A stretch of DNA of 64,000 bases from Candidatus Eiseniibacteriota bacterium. Its GTDB lineage: Bacteria > Acidobacteriota > Terriglobia > Terriglobales > Acidobacteriaceae. The DNA lies in NCBI GenBank assembly GCA_035500795.1, contig DATJWZ010000660.1, positions 3,358 through 67,357 on the forward strand, written 5' to 3'. Positions 27,824-36,596 of the stretch are shown in pieces; position 1 is the stretch's first letter; the number at the start of each line of letters is the position of its first letter. The position numbers and the translations under genes were made by a program. The notes under the pieces are model-generated. The model saw only the letters and a program-made list of their open reading frames with translations, did no database searches and was not told where the DNA came from.

Positions 27824-28179
27824 GGCTGCACGACTCCCGGTTTCGGCTGAGCATAAGGAGCGCCGGTCTCCATGCGGTTGCTGTCGGTCCAACCATACTG
27901 TAAGCCACCCATGACGGCGACCATGAAGATCACGACAAAAAGGAACCAGCTCCGCTTTTCGGCCCAGAGATGCATGAAGAACATGACGGCGATGCCGGCT
28001 TCAACAATGGCAACCAACAACATGCGCTCGAACGCCGCCGAGGTATCGAGGTGGAGCGAAGCAATGTAAAACTGGAGAGCTGCCAGAATGAGAAGGCAAA
28101 CGTAGATCGCGTAGTACTTGCCTACCCTGTCGGTGTACTTTGCTTCCGGACTGCCGGGATGAACATCAGGTGCGTCCAT
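27820..28179 (-). CDS. Prokaryotic cytochrome c oxidase subunit IV family protein
   Basis: 119 aa with three hydrophobic helices. YYAIYVCLLILAALQFYIA and AIVEAGIAVMFFMHL resemble the COX4_pro family. Its position directly after the subunit III genes fits. Confidence 0.7.
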   Translation of the reverse strand: MDAPDVHPGSPEAKYTDRVGKYYAIYVCLLILAALQFYIASLHLDTSAAFERMLLVAIVEAGIAVMFFMHLWAEKRSWFLFVVIFMVAVMGGLQYGWTDSNRMETGAPYAQPKPGVVQP

Positions 28180-28200
28180 AGTTTCTCTCTCCAGACCGTT

Positions 28201-28836
28201 TTAGTGAGCCATGTTCAGCAGGTACACAAAGGGGACAACGAACATCCATACCAGATCGACAAAGTGCCAGTAGAGGCCGGCGACTTCAATGTCTTCCGCT
28301 GTGCGATGGCCAGCTTTCCAACTGAGTCCGATGACCAGGAGCGCGATCACTCCGCCTGTGACGTGCAAGAGGTGAAGGCCGGTGATTGAAAAGAATACAG
28401 AGCCGAAAAGGGAAGTTCCCCAGGGATTATGAGACAGGGTCATACCGCGGTCGATCAACTCCAGCCACTCACGAATATGCAGCAGGGCGAAAATAACCCC
28501 GAGCACCATGGTGATCATGGTCCAGCGGAATGCGCCGGACCGGTCGGCAGCCTTCGCGGCCCGGACCCCGAGGAGCATGGTCAAACTACTGGTGAGCAGA
28601 ATGAACGTCATCAGGATCGCATTCGTCATGCTCTCAAAGGGCCGAGGCCAGTTGGCGCTTCCGTTGCGCAAGAATCCGTAGGCGACGAGGCATCCGGCGA
28701 AGGTAGCTGCATCAGCGATGATGAAGAGCCACATCGCCATCTTTTTGGCCGGTACTGTAAAAGGCGGCAGCCCCTCAACCATACCCGGCGGATGGTGGTG
28801 TACATGAGATGCCATTGTCATATCTGCTTGGCTCAC
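28201..28836 (-). CDS. ctaE: Haem-copper oxidase subunit III
   Basis: 211 aa. Blocks WLFIIADAATFAGCL, FSITGLHLLHVTGGVI and YWHFVDLVWMFVVPFVYL. Confidence 0.88.
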   Translation of the reverse strand: MSQADMTMASHVHHHPPGMVEGLPPFTVPAKKMAMWLFIIADAATFAGCLVAYGFLRNGSANWPRPFESMTNAILMTFILLTSSLTMLLGVRAAKAADRSGAFRWTMITMVLGVIFALLHIREWLELIDRGMTLSHNPWGTSLFGSVFFSITGLHLLHVTGGVIALLVIGLSWKAGHRTAEDIEVAGLYWHFVDLVWMFVVPFVYLLNMAH

Positions 28837-28855
28837 GCGGCCTCCTGTCGGTCGA

Positions 28856-29530
28856 CTACAGTTTCATCCAAAGCAACAAAAGCAGGTACACCCAAAGAAC
28901 GTCCATGAAGTGCCAGTACCGCGAAGTTGCATCCAGCGTCGCTCGCCGCAAGGAAGCGGTGTTTAATTTGGCCGTCACGCGAACCAAGCCCCCTAATCCT
29001 CCGATCAAGTGCAAGGCGTGGGCAGCGGTAAATACGTAGAAGAAAGAACTGCTTGGATTGGTCGCCAGATAGAGTCCCTGTGCACTGAGTTGGCGCCACG
29101 CGAGGTATTGGCCAGCGACAAAAGCGAAACCCAATCCAAGGGTGAGGTAAAGCCAGCGTGCAGGATTGGCAATGCCAACACGGCCCGCAGCCATGAACGA
29201 GGAGACACGCTTGCGCGCGACTTCCAACGTCACACTGCTGGCCAGAAGAATCAACGTGTTTAGGTAAAGGATTGCAGGAAGGGTGAAATGGCGCCAGTCG
29301 TTTGAGCCATCCTTCCGCACCACCAAGGCACTGGTCAACGCGGCAAATGTCATTCCAATTGCCGCGAGGGCCACCCAGATGCCCGTAGATGCCGGCGGAG
29401 GCGCATATTGCTGCTTGGTTCGCGGAAGACCGCCAGCCGGAACCATGTTGCGAAAATTGCCACTGCCGCCAACGTTTACCGGCCGGCTTTCTAGTTTTGG
29501 CGGCTCATGAACTGTCGTTGCCATTTCCAT
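28856..29530 (-). CDS. Second haem-copper oxidase subunit III-like protein
   Basis: 224 aa. Blocks FYVFTAAHALHLIGGLG and YWHFMDVLWVYLLLLLW. It is a paralogous subunit III immediately downstream of subunit I. Confidence 0.85.
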   Translation of the reverse strand: MEMATTVHEPPKLESRPVNVGGSGNFRNMVPAGGLPRTKQQYAPPPASTGIWVALAAIGMTFAALTSALVVRKDGSNDWRHFTLPAILYLNTLILLASSVTLEVARKRVSSFMAAGRVGIANPARWLYLTLGLGFAFVAGQYLAWRQLSAQGLYLATNPSSSFFYVFTAAHALHLIGGLGGLVRVTAKLNTASLRRATLDATSRYWHFMDVLWVYLLLLLWMKL

Positions 29531-29550
29531 GACTCCCAGGGTCTTCGAAG

Positions 29551-31329
29551 CTAGGCTTCGTCTCGTACTGAATGAATCTGTTCGGGCGAGTCTTGCATTA
29601 CATAGTCGCCAGTAGAGCCCTCGACGCCATACTGATAGGGATCGTGGTAGACGACCGGCAGTTTTCCTCCGAAGTTATCGAACGGTGGCGGAGATGAAGG
29701 CGTGCTCCATTCGAGCGATGTTGCCTCCCAGGGATTCGCCGGCGCCGGTGCTCCCTTGAAGCGGCTATAGAAGAGGTTGAACACGAAGATGAGTTGTGCT
29801 GCGCCAGTGACGAGCGCGGCAATGGTGATGAACCGGTGCAGCGGAATCAGCGGTTGCATGTAATCCACGACGAATGCCTGATAGCGGCGGACATTTCCTG
29901 CCAGCCCGAGATAGTGGAACGGCATGAATATGCAATAGGTCCCGACGAACGAGAACCAGAAGTGAACCTTGCCCAGAGTCTCGTTCATCATGCGGCCATA
30001 CATCTTCGGAAACCAGAAGTAGGTTCCAGCGAAGATGCCAAACATAGCGGCGACGCCCATCACCATGTGGAAGTGGCCGACAACGAAATATGTTGCATGG
30101 ACCATGATGTCGATTGAGGGCTGAGCCAGGAAGAATCCGCTGACTCCGCCAGCGATAAACATCGAGATGAAGCCCAAAGCAAAGAGGGAAGCGCTGTTAA
30201 TGCGCAGTCTTGCCCCATACAAGCTTCCCAGCCAGATCAGCACAACGATTGTTGATGGAATCGTAATGATCAGAGTCGGGAATGAAAAAACGATTGAGGA
30301 AACTGGATTCATCCCACTGACGAACATATGGTGCCCATACACCATGTAACTGAGTACCGCGAGGGCCCCGAATGAGTAGATCAGCGTGCGATGGCTCAGC
30401 ATCGGACGGCGCATGTTCGCGACGAGGACGTGGGACACGATGCCCATGCCAGGAACGATAGCGATGTAAACCTCGGGGTGTCCGAAGAACCAGAACAGAT
30501 GCTGCCACAGCAGAGTCGATCCGCCGGCATGGGGCTGGAGTTGGTCATTGATCACCAGGTTCGAAGGGACAAAGAAGCTGGTTCCGGCGACATGGTCGAG
30601 GATCAGAAGGATGCAGGCGGGCATCAGCACTGCGAAAGCCGTCAATCCCATGATCGAGGTGATGAACCAGCCCCAGCTGCTGATCGGCAATCGCCACATA
30701 CTCATGCCCTTTGTGCGCATGTCGAGTGTCGTGGTGATGAAATTCAGTGAACCCAGCAATTGGCCCATGCAGAAGATCGCAATCGAGGTGGCCCACAGGA
30801 CGACGCCCATGCCTTCACCTGGGCCTCCAACAGAGCCGACCGCACTCAGGGGAGCATATTGAGTCCAGCCACCCAGCGTCGGACCATCGCTAACAAAGAA
30901 AGAAGCGATCAAGACGATGAATGCAGTCAGGGTGACCCAGAACGACATCATGTTGAAACGGGGGAAGGGCATATCTTCCGCGCCCACCTGAATGGGCAAG
31001 AAGTAATTGCCGAATGCGGCGAAGGGAGCGGTAGTCAGCACAAAGAAGACCATGATGGTGGCGTGCATGGTCATCAACTGGAGGTAATACTCGGGCGTCA
31101 TCACATTGCCGGGCGCGCCGTTGGCAGACAGGAGGTGCAGCCCTGGAATGGCAAAGTTGGTCCATCCCAAGTGGATGCGCATGAGCCAGGACAGAAACAT
31201 TCCCACCATGACGGCGACGAGGGCCAATCCGTAATACTGCTTGCCGATCACCTTGTGATCCAGACTGAAGACATGCTTCCGGATGAAACTAGTGGGGGCC
31301 TGATGAGCCGCATGTGCTGTTTCGTGCAT
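29551..31329 (-). CDS. ctaD: Cytochrome c oxidase subunit I (A-type haem-copper oxidase)
   Basis: 592 aa. Blocks WFFGHPEVYIAIVPGMG and HFHMVMG, with 12 or more TM segments. Confidence 0.96.
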   Translation of the reverse strand: MHETAHAAHQAPTSFIRKHVFSLDHKVIGKQYYGLALVAVMVGMFLSWLMRIHLGWTNFAIPGLHLLSANGAPGNVMTPEYYLQLMTMHATIMVFFVLTTAPFAAFGNYFLPIQVGAEDMPFPRFNMMSFWVTLTAFIVLIASFFVSDGPTLGGWTQYAPLSAVGSVGGPGEGMGVVLWATSIAIFCMGQLLGSLNFITTTLDMRTKGMSMWRLPISSWGWFITSIMGLTAFAVLMPACILLILDHVAGTSFFVPSNLVINDQLQPHAGGSTLLWQHLFWFFGHPEVYIAIVPGMGIVSHVLVANMRRPMLSHRTLIYSFGALAVLSYMVYGHHMFVSGMNPVSSIVFSFPTLIITIPSTIVVLIWLGSLYGARLRINSASLFALGFISMFIAGGVSGFFLAQPSIDIMVHATYFVVGHFHMVMGVAAMFGIFAGTYFWFPKMYGRMMNETLGKVHFWFSFVGTYCIFMPFHYLGLAGNVRRYQAFVVDYMQPLIPLHRFITIAALVTGAAQLIFVFNLFYSRFKGAPAPANPWEATSLEWSTPSSPPPFDNFGGKLPVVYHDPYQYGVEGSTGDYVMQDSPEQIHSVRDEA

Positions 31330-31368
31330 TTGAGACCTCGAGAGGATTTACCGTGAGCTGAGAAACGC

Positions 31369-32172
31369 CTACTGCAACGCTGCCTGCTTCTTCAACCAGT
31401 TGTCGTAGTCTTCCTGTGACAACACGGAGAGATACGCTTTCATGTTGTAGTGTCCGAGACCGCAGAGTTGGGTGCAGACGATCTCATAGCGGCCGATCTT
31501 GGTTGCAGTGAAATGGACAGAGAGATCGAGGCCAGGAACGAAATCCTGTTGGACGCGTAACTCGGGAACAAAGAAGGAGTGGCCGACATCTTTCGAGTGC
31601 ATGAGCAGATGTATTTCACGGTTCACGGGGACGGCCATCTCGGCGGTGACGATGTCATCCTTAGCATCAGCGTCATGATCGATGTCGATCCCGTAGAAAT
31701 TTTGATTGGCTTCGCTGACCAAGTTGGGATGGATCGGTCCGAACTTTCCGTCCGGCCCGGGATAACGGAAGTAGAAGGCGAACTGTCCTGCTTGAACCTG
31801 CACCGGTAATGCGTCTGCAGCGGGAGGAGTGAAATAGATTTTGGCCCAAGCCTTTGCTCCGAAGGCTCCTAATGCGAGCACCTCGGTTCCAACCAAAAGG
31901 AAGGCGCCCAGAACCATTGTGGTCGCGCCGCCGGGGAAATTCTTGATCTTGTCGCCCGGCTTGGAGTGGGAGAACATCCAGATGAAGACGGCGAGCAGAA
32001 TCTGCGCTGCCAGAAATGAGATTCCAGCCTCCGCCATCGTTTCCGACATCTGCTCGTCGATCGCCTGACCGTGCGTCGAAATGTCCTGAGCCATCCACCA
32101 TGTGTGCCGAAGAATTGGAATCGCTGACAGGATCGCGATCACAATGATGGTCACCGCAAAGAATTTCGCCAT
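31369..32172 (-). CDS. ctaC: Cytochrome c oxidase subunit II (CuA, no fused cytochrome c domain)
   Basis: 267 aa with two N-terminal TMs. CuA motif HSFFVPELRV...CTQLCGLGHYNM. There is no CxxCH in the protein. Confidence 0.92.
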   Translation of the reverse strand: MAKFFAVTIIVIAILSAIPILRHTWWMAQDISTHGQAIDEQMSETMAEAGISFLAAQILLAVFIWMFSHSKPGDKIKNFPGGATTMVLGAFLLVGTEVLALGAFGAKAWAKIYFTPPAADALPVQVQAGQFAFYFRYPGPDGKFGPIHPNLVSEANQNFYGIDIDHDADAKDDIVTAEMAVPVNREIHLLMHSKDVGHSFFVPELRVQQDFVPGLDLSVHFTATKIGRYEIVCTQLCGLGHYNMKAYLSVLSQEDYDNWLKKQAALQ

Positions 32173-32253
32173 ATCACCCTCGCCCTTGCTGTCGGATCTG
32201 CCATCGAGGAGTTAACTGGGGTCAACTCCTCGATAGATGCTGCTTGATTGGCG

Positions 32254-33003
32254 TTACTTTGCCTTGAACGTGAAATCTGCCTTCGCCGGAGCTCCAGCAG
32301 CAACGGTGACGCTTTGAGTTTGCGTTCCGTACTCCTCCTGCCACGCTGTCACGGTATAACTTCCTGGGGGGACATTCTTGAGGGTGTAGTTGCCGCTCGA
32401 ATCGGTGACGGCATAGGGGCCTCTGACGACGACATGCCAGCCGTGCATCCAAGGATGAATGTTGCACTTTACGCTGATAGCTTCCGGAGCCTTCCAGTCG
32501 GTGACGATCGGCGGAGCGCCTGGCGGTTGCGACTTGTTCCATCCGATATTGCCGCTGCCAGGTGCAGGTAGCGGGTGAATGTTGTGAGTAGTCTGGTCAC
32601 TGGTTATGACCTGGAACTTCTGGTTGGCATCGACAGGGAGCACATGCGGAATGTACATGCAGCCCTTTTGATCGAATTGTGGCTGTTCCGAGGGGACGGC
32701 ATTCTGCTCGGCGGCGGGCAGGCCCTGGGTAATGTAGAGAACGACGTTCTGCAATCCACCGCTTGAATCGACAACCACATTTTCCATTTTGACAGGATTG
32801 TTGTCGTGCTGTTTGGCACAATACGGATCCTTGGACATATCAATGCCCTTCATGTGGGGCGCAGTGCCGTTCAGCTTCACGGTGCCAGTGATAGAACCCG
32901 AACCCGCTGCACTAACATTCTTGTCGAGAAGCAAGCTTCCTGCGCAGACGAGCACGAATCCTGTAAAGATAGCTGCGAACTTTCTGGTGTGGCTAGTCGT
33001 CAT
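32254..33003 (-). CDS. Secreted cupredoxin-like (type-1 Cu motif) protein with CarboxypepD_reg-like segments; paralog of 24285..25079
   Basis: The ATG at 33003 is preceded by SD GGAGAAAGG (the track start is 33039). Signal peptide present. HNIH ... C-NI-H-PW-M matches the amicyanin-type C-x2-H-x2-M spacing. The C-terminus is AVTDSSGNYTLKNVPPGSYTVTAWQEEY. Confidence 0.6.
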   Translation of the reverse strand: MTTSHTRKFAAIFTGFVLVCAGSLLLDKNVSAAGSGSITGTVKLNGTAPHMKGIDMSKDPYCAKQHDNNPVKMENVVVDSSGGLQNVVLYITQGLPAAEQNAVPSEQPQFDQKGCMYIPHVLPVDANQKFQVITSDQTTHNIHPLPAPGSGNIGWNKSQPPGAPPIVTDWKAPEAISVKCNIHPWMHGWHVVVRGPYAVTDSSGNYTLKNVPPGSYTVTAWQEEYGTQTQSVTVAAGAPAKADFTFKAK

Positions 33004-33045
33004 GGACCCTTTCTCCAATGTGGTGTAAATCCGTGACAATGCTTG

Positions 33046-33927
33046 TCACTGACCTTGCGCATTCGGATTTACTGGTTTCAATCCAAGTTGTTTTGCGATT
33101 TGTCGTGCTTTCGATGGCGCCGGCTGGAGACTCCGCAAATAGAAAACCAGATCCCAAGCCTCGTCGGGTTTGATGTTGTCGGCAAACGAGGGCATGGGGG
33201 TGCCATCGAGGCCGGTCATGAAGATTTTGTAGAGGTCCGCGTCGGTGGTGCCGCACTTGAAGCGTCCGCCATCTGCAAAGTTGTAGGGTAGAATCGGACG
33301 GCCGAGATCGTCTTGAAGCGTGGAGGCTGAAGGACCATTCGCCTTGCCTTCCACACCGTGACACTTCCAGCACTGCACATGGTTGAAGACGTCTTGGCCG
33401 GCTTTGACGCGGTCGGGAGTAATCTCGGGCTCCTTGGGTATTTCGATGGGAGGGCCGGGTTTCTCCGATTGCCAGCGTGGCGAATAGTGCTTTATCCATG
33501 CAACGAGGTCGGCCCGCTCTTGCTTGGTGAAAGTGTTCCAAGGCGGCATATTGGAACGATCAATCCCGCGACCGATCGTGTCGTAGAGATCTTCGTCCGT
33601 GGGGAGAGTTCCGGTTGGAGTCGAGCGGCACTCGAAAACTGCCAGAGTGAAGTTACGCGGCTTGGGATACATCGGCGGCTCGAACCATTTGGCGCTCTCG
33701 CCTTCTCCATCGCCGAGAGTGCCGTGACAGACGACGCAATAGCGGCGGTACGCCATGGCGCCGTCTTTTGCGTGTCCAGTGATGTGCCCGATATGGCTGG
33801 TCGCTGCCGGGCTATTGAGCCATTCCTCTTCTTGTACGCTCGTGACTTGAGCCTGGCTCAAGATGGGGAGCGCAAGAACAGCAACAGCGGCGATTGCTCG
33901 TGACAAAATCTGAATTTGTATGCGCAT
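33046..33927 (-). CDS. Dihaem c-type cytochrome, secreted
   Basis: 293 aa with a signal peptide (AVAVLALPILSQAQ). Two haem-binding motifs, CVVCH and CWKCH, each followed by G and a distal Met/Pro-rich region. Confidence 0.8.
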   Translation of the reverse strand: MRIQIQILSRAIAAVAVLALPILSQAQVTSVQEEEWLNSPAATSHIGHITGHAKDGAMAYRRYCVVCHGTLGDGEGESAKWFEPPMYPKPRNFTLAVFECRSTPTGTLPTDEDLYDTIGRGIDRSNMPPWNTFTKQERADLVAWIKHYSPRWQSEKPGPPIEIPKEPEITPDRVKAGQDVFNHVQCWKCHGVEGKANGPSASTLQDDLGRPILPYNFADGGRFKCGTTDADLYKIFMTGLDGTPMPSFADNIKPDEAWDLVFYLRSLQPAPSKARQIAKQLGLKPVNPNAQGQ

Positions 33928-33939
33928 TTGCTGTCCTTT

Positions 33940-35349
33940 CTAGAAGTCGAAATCGAATCCAAGGATGAGACTGCTGGTGGTAAGGTCTGTTCCGGTAACA
34001 GGCGACGTGCCGCGCTGCCGGAGCCATGAATACTCGTTGTGCAGCGCAAATCCTGCGCGCGGGTTCATGATGGGATACCAGCGATAGCCGAAGGTGTACA
34101 TGTCGGTGTTGCCTAAACTGGAGGGGAGAGAACTGTTCGCTTGCTGCGACATGCGCTGCCACTCGGAGCGCTGGATGAAGATCAGTTGAGGGTTGTAGAC
34201 ATAGTGGGTTTCCACCATGTAGCCGTTCCAAGTGGGCGCTCTGGATCCGGTTGGAAGAAGGGTCCCGGGCACATTGTTCAGAGTCGTTGTTCCGCCGATG
34301 ACGTCGCCATATCCGGCTCCGAACCAAGCATTGTCCCAGCCGTGCTGGGTTAGGGCTAAGAAGTCAAGCTTGCCGAAATAGAAAAGTCCGACAAAGCCCT
34401 CGCGGTGGAAAGACTTATTGCCGAAACCAGTACCGGGAACGGGAGCGCCGGCGGTGGTCAAGAAGCCAGTCGGGGCTTCGCCAAGCATGGCGTACGCACC
34501 GATACGATCTACACCGAGTTTGCCAACGTCAAAGGCGTGACTTGCCGCAAAGAAACCGGTGTAAGAGTTGCCGTACGGGAGATTCACATTCCCGTCATTG
34601 GAACTGACGAGGGCCGCAGAAACGCGGGTGCGATCGTCAACCGAATGGCCAAGATATTCGACACCGAGCTGGTTATCACCGATTTGTCCGAAGACGTTGG
34701 CATCGCCTTGTGGGATGAAGTGATAGGTCTGGTATGCGCCGGATATCGAGGTGAGGGTCAGGATTCGTTTTTCTGAAATGAGGTTGTCGAGTTCGAATTT
34801 TCCGAGCTTGACGTTCAACCAGGAACTGCCGCCGATGTTATCTAGTCGAGCAAAAACCTGCTCGAAATGGAAGGCGCCGGTCGGGTCAGAAGAGGGCAGG
34901 AGGTAGAACGAGAAGTTCTTTTCCAAGGTGCCGGCAGTGTGGAAATCGAGGCCGCTCAAGTCAAAACCATGAGAAGTGACCTGCCGCTCCGCCAGAGCAC
35001 TGCCGGGGTTTCCGGCCACGGAGTCGACAGCAACTTTGTCGGAGCTTTCACGATGCCAGAAAGTCGTCATGCGCATCGTGGCAGGCCAATATGAAGGATT
35101 TTGCCAAACCGGCGAATCCCGGTCGTTCATCAACTGGTAGCCGTTGTCTTTGAACTTTTGTCCGAAGTAGTTGAGCATTGGCCAGGCCTCGTGGCAGGCA
35201 GAACAGCGCAAGCCATATTTTCTGGCGAACGCTGGAATGGCCGCCGCCGGTTGGCAGAAGCTTGGCACGAGTAAGAGAATAGTTAAGGCGACGACTGGGC
35301 AAGAAGTGACATCACGGAACCTGCGAGAAAGGCGCGACACGGCGCGCAT
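33940..35349 (-). CDS. Putative outer-membrane beta-barrel protein with an N-terminal CxxCH haem motif
   Basis: A signal peptide is followed by IPAFARKYGLRCSACHEAWPMLNYFGQKFKDNGY. The remainder is about 400 aa of alternating, Gly/aromatic-rich sequence ending in LILGFDFDF (C-terminal Phe, as in OM barrels). The ATG at 35349 has SD GGAGG 7 nt upstream, while the track start at 35355 has 1-nt spacing. Confidence 0.6.
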   Translation of the reverse strand: MRAVSRLSRRFRDVTSCPVVALTILLLVPSFCQPAAAIPAFARKYGLRCSACHEAWPMLNYFGQKFKDNGYQLMNDRDSPVWQNPSYWPATMRMTTFWHRESSDKVAVDSVAGNPGSALAERQVTSHGFDLSGLDFHTAGTLEKNFSFYLLPSSDPTGAFHFEQVFARLDNIGGSSWLNVKLGKFELDNLISEKRILTLTSISGAYQTYHFIPQGDANVFGQIGDNQLGVEYLGHSVDDRTRVSAALVSSNDGNVNLPYGNSYTGFFAASHAFDVGKLGVDRIGAYAMLGEAPTGFLTTAGAPVPGTGFGNKSFHREGFVGLFYFGKLDFLALTQHGWDNAWFGAGYGDVIGGTTTLNNVPGTLLPTGSRAPTWNGYMVETHYVYNPQLIFIQRSEWQRMSQQANSSLPSSLGNTDMYTFGYRWYPIMNPRAGFALHNEYSWLRQRGTSPVTGTDLTTSSLILGFDFDF

Positions 35350-35356
35350 ACGCATG

Positions 35357-35407
35357 CCTCCACGTGAAGCTTGATTTGTACGTTGTCCCCAAACGGCGAT
35401 GTGGAGG
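35357..35407 (-). promoter_or_regulatory. Candidate SD-sequestering hairpin in the leader of the oxidase operon
   Basis: On the mRNA, CCUCCAC (35407-35401) is perfectly complementary to GUGGAGG (35363-35357). The latter contains the GGAGG SD of the first gene. The stem is 7 bp with a 37-nt loop. Confidence 0.3.
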
Positions 35408-35678
35408 GTAAGCTTCGAAGGTGCGTAAACCCCACATTGCCCCGAGCAGCAGGACCTAATGTTTCCCCAGAGGTCCTACCACCGTACCGGCCGTGAATCG
35501 TAAATGAGTCATTCTCTCTTTTGCAAGATGTTTTTACAATTTTTTTACAATGTCACAATTTGGCGCATCGGTAATAGCGCCATGTAAGACTAAAATGTGA
35601 ATCGCTACCTGGAATCTGAGTTGATGCTACACTTCTGCTCACTTGCGCTCTTCTCTCCGAGCCAAAGTTAGTCCAAAT

Positions 35679-36596
35679 ATGGGTTCTATTCGTGCGGTGC
35701 TGTTTCGCTATGCGGCATTGGGGATCGTGCTTTTAGTGGGCGTGTCCCCCATTTTGCTGGACGCCAACGACAAAAAAGACGGACTGCAGTATGGCGTTGG
35801 TCTGATGGCCAATGTTCCGTATGCCGAGGCTGACGTTCTGAAGGCCGTAGACGACGTTGCGCAAAACGGAAAGATTTTCGGCACGAAGGAATACAACAAG
35901 GATGAGTTCGTCGGGGGCGCCACCGCCGTTAACGATTCCAGCGCGTTCCCAGCGTGGACAGACGGCGGGAAGGTTTTCTACAAGCAGCGGCTACACGCTC
36001 TCGATCCGCGAAATTTTAAAGACAGCAACGACGTAGGTACGCTGACCGTCCGCTATGTTGTGATGAAGCAAGATGATAAGCATACGGTGGTGCGAATCGA
36101 TGCCATTTTTATCGAAGAATTCCGCCACAAATCGCATGCTTCCGACGGTTCCGTGGAAAACGCAGAATATAAAGTGATAAGCGACCGGCTTGAGTTCATG
36201 CAGTCAATGAGGGATCAGGCAGCGCAGGGAGACCGTGAAAAGCAGGCGGCCACCGAGAAGAAATTCGAGCGAAATGAGTTCCCAGTTCAACCTGCCTCAG
36301 TTGATCTTCCTCCCGCGAACGCAAGCCAGTCCCCGGAAGGGGTCATCTCGGATGCGTTGTCAATCGATGACCTTAAGCAACAAGTCCACGATCTAAAGCA
36401 GCAGACGGAAAAGCGCGTAAGAGCTGCTGGTGCAGAACTGAAATCGGCTCCGTTTCATACGGCTACGAATCTACAGACGTTAAAAGCGGGAGCCGAGGTG
36501 CTGATCGTGATCTCGACGCCATATTGGATTGGAGTCGAAACTCATGACGGACAGCACGGATGGGTTTCACGCGACGATCTTGAGGAGTTGCCGTGA
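35679..36596 (+). CDS. Secreted hypothetical protein with C-terminal bacterial SH3-like domain
   Basis: The ATG at 35679 gives the signal-like MGSIRAVLFRYAALGIVLLVGVS. The C-terminus LKAGAEVLIVISTPYWIGVETHDGQHGWVSRDDLE is SH3_3-like. A low-complexity linker sits in the middle. Confidence 0.6.
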   Translation: MGSIRAVLFRYAALGIVLLVGVSPILLDANDKKDGLQYGVGLMANVPYAEADVLKAVDDVAQNGKIFGTKEYNKDEFVGGATAVNDSSAFPAWTDGGKVFYKQRLHALDPRNFKDSNDVGTLTVRYVVMKQDDKHTVVRIDAIFIEEFRHKSHASDGSVENAEYKVISDRLEFMQSMRDQAAQGDREKQAATEKKFERNEFPVQPASVDLPPANASQSPEGVISDALSIDDLKQQVHDLKQQTEKRVRAAGAELKSAPFHTATNLQTLKAGAEVLIVISTPYWIGVETHDGQHGWVSRDDLEELP

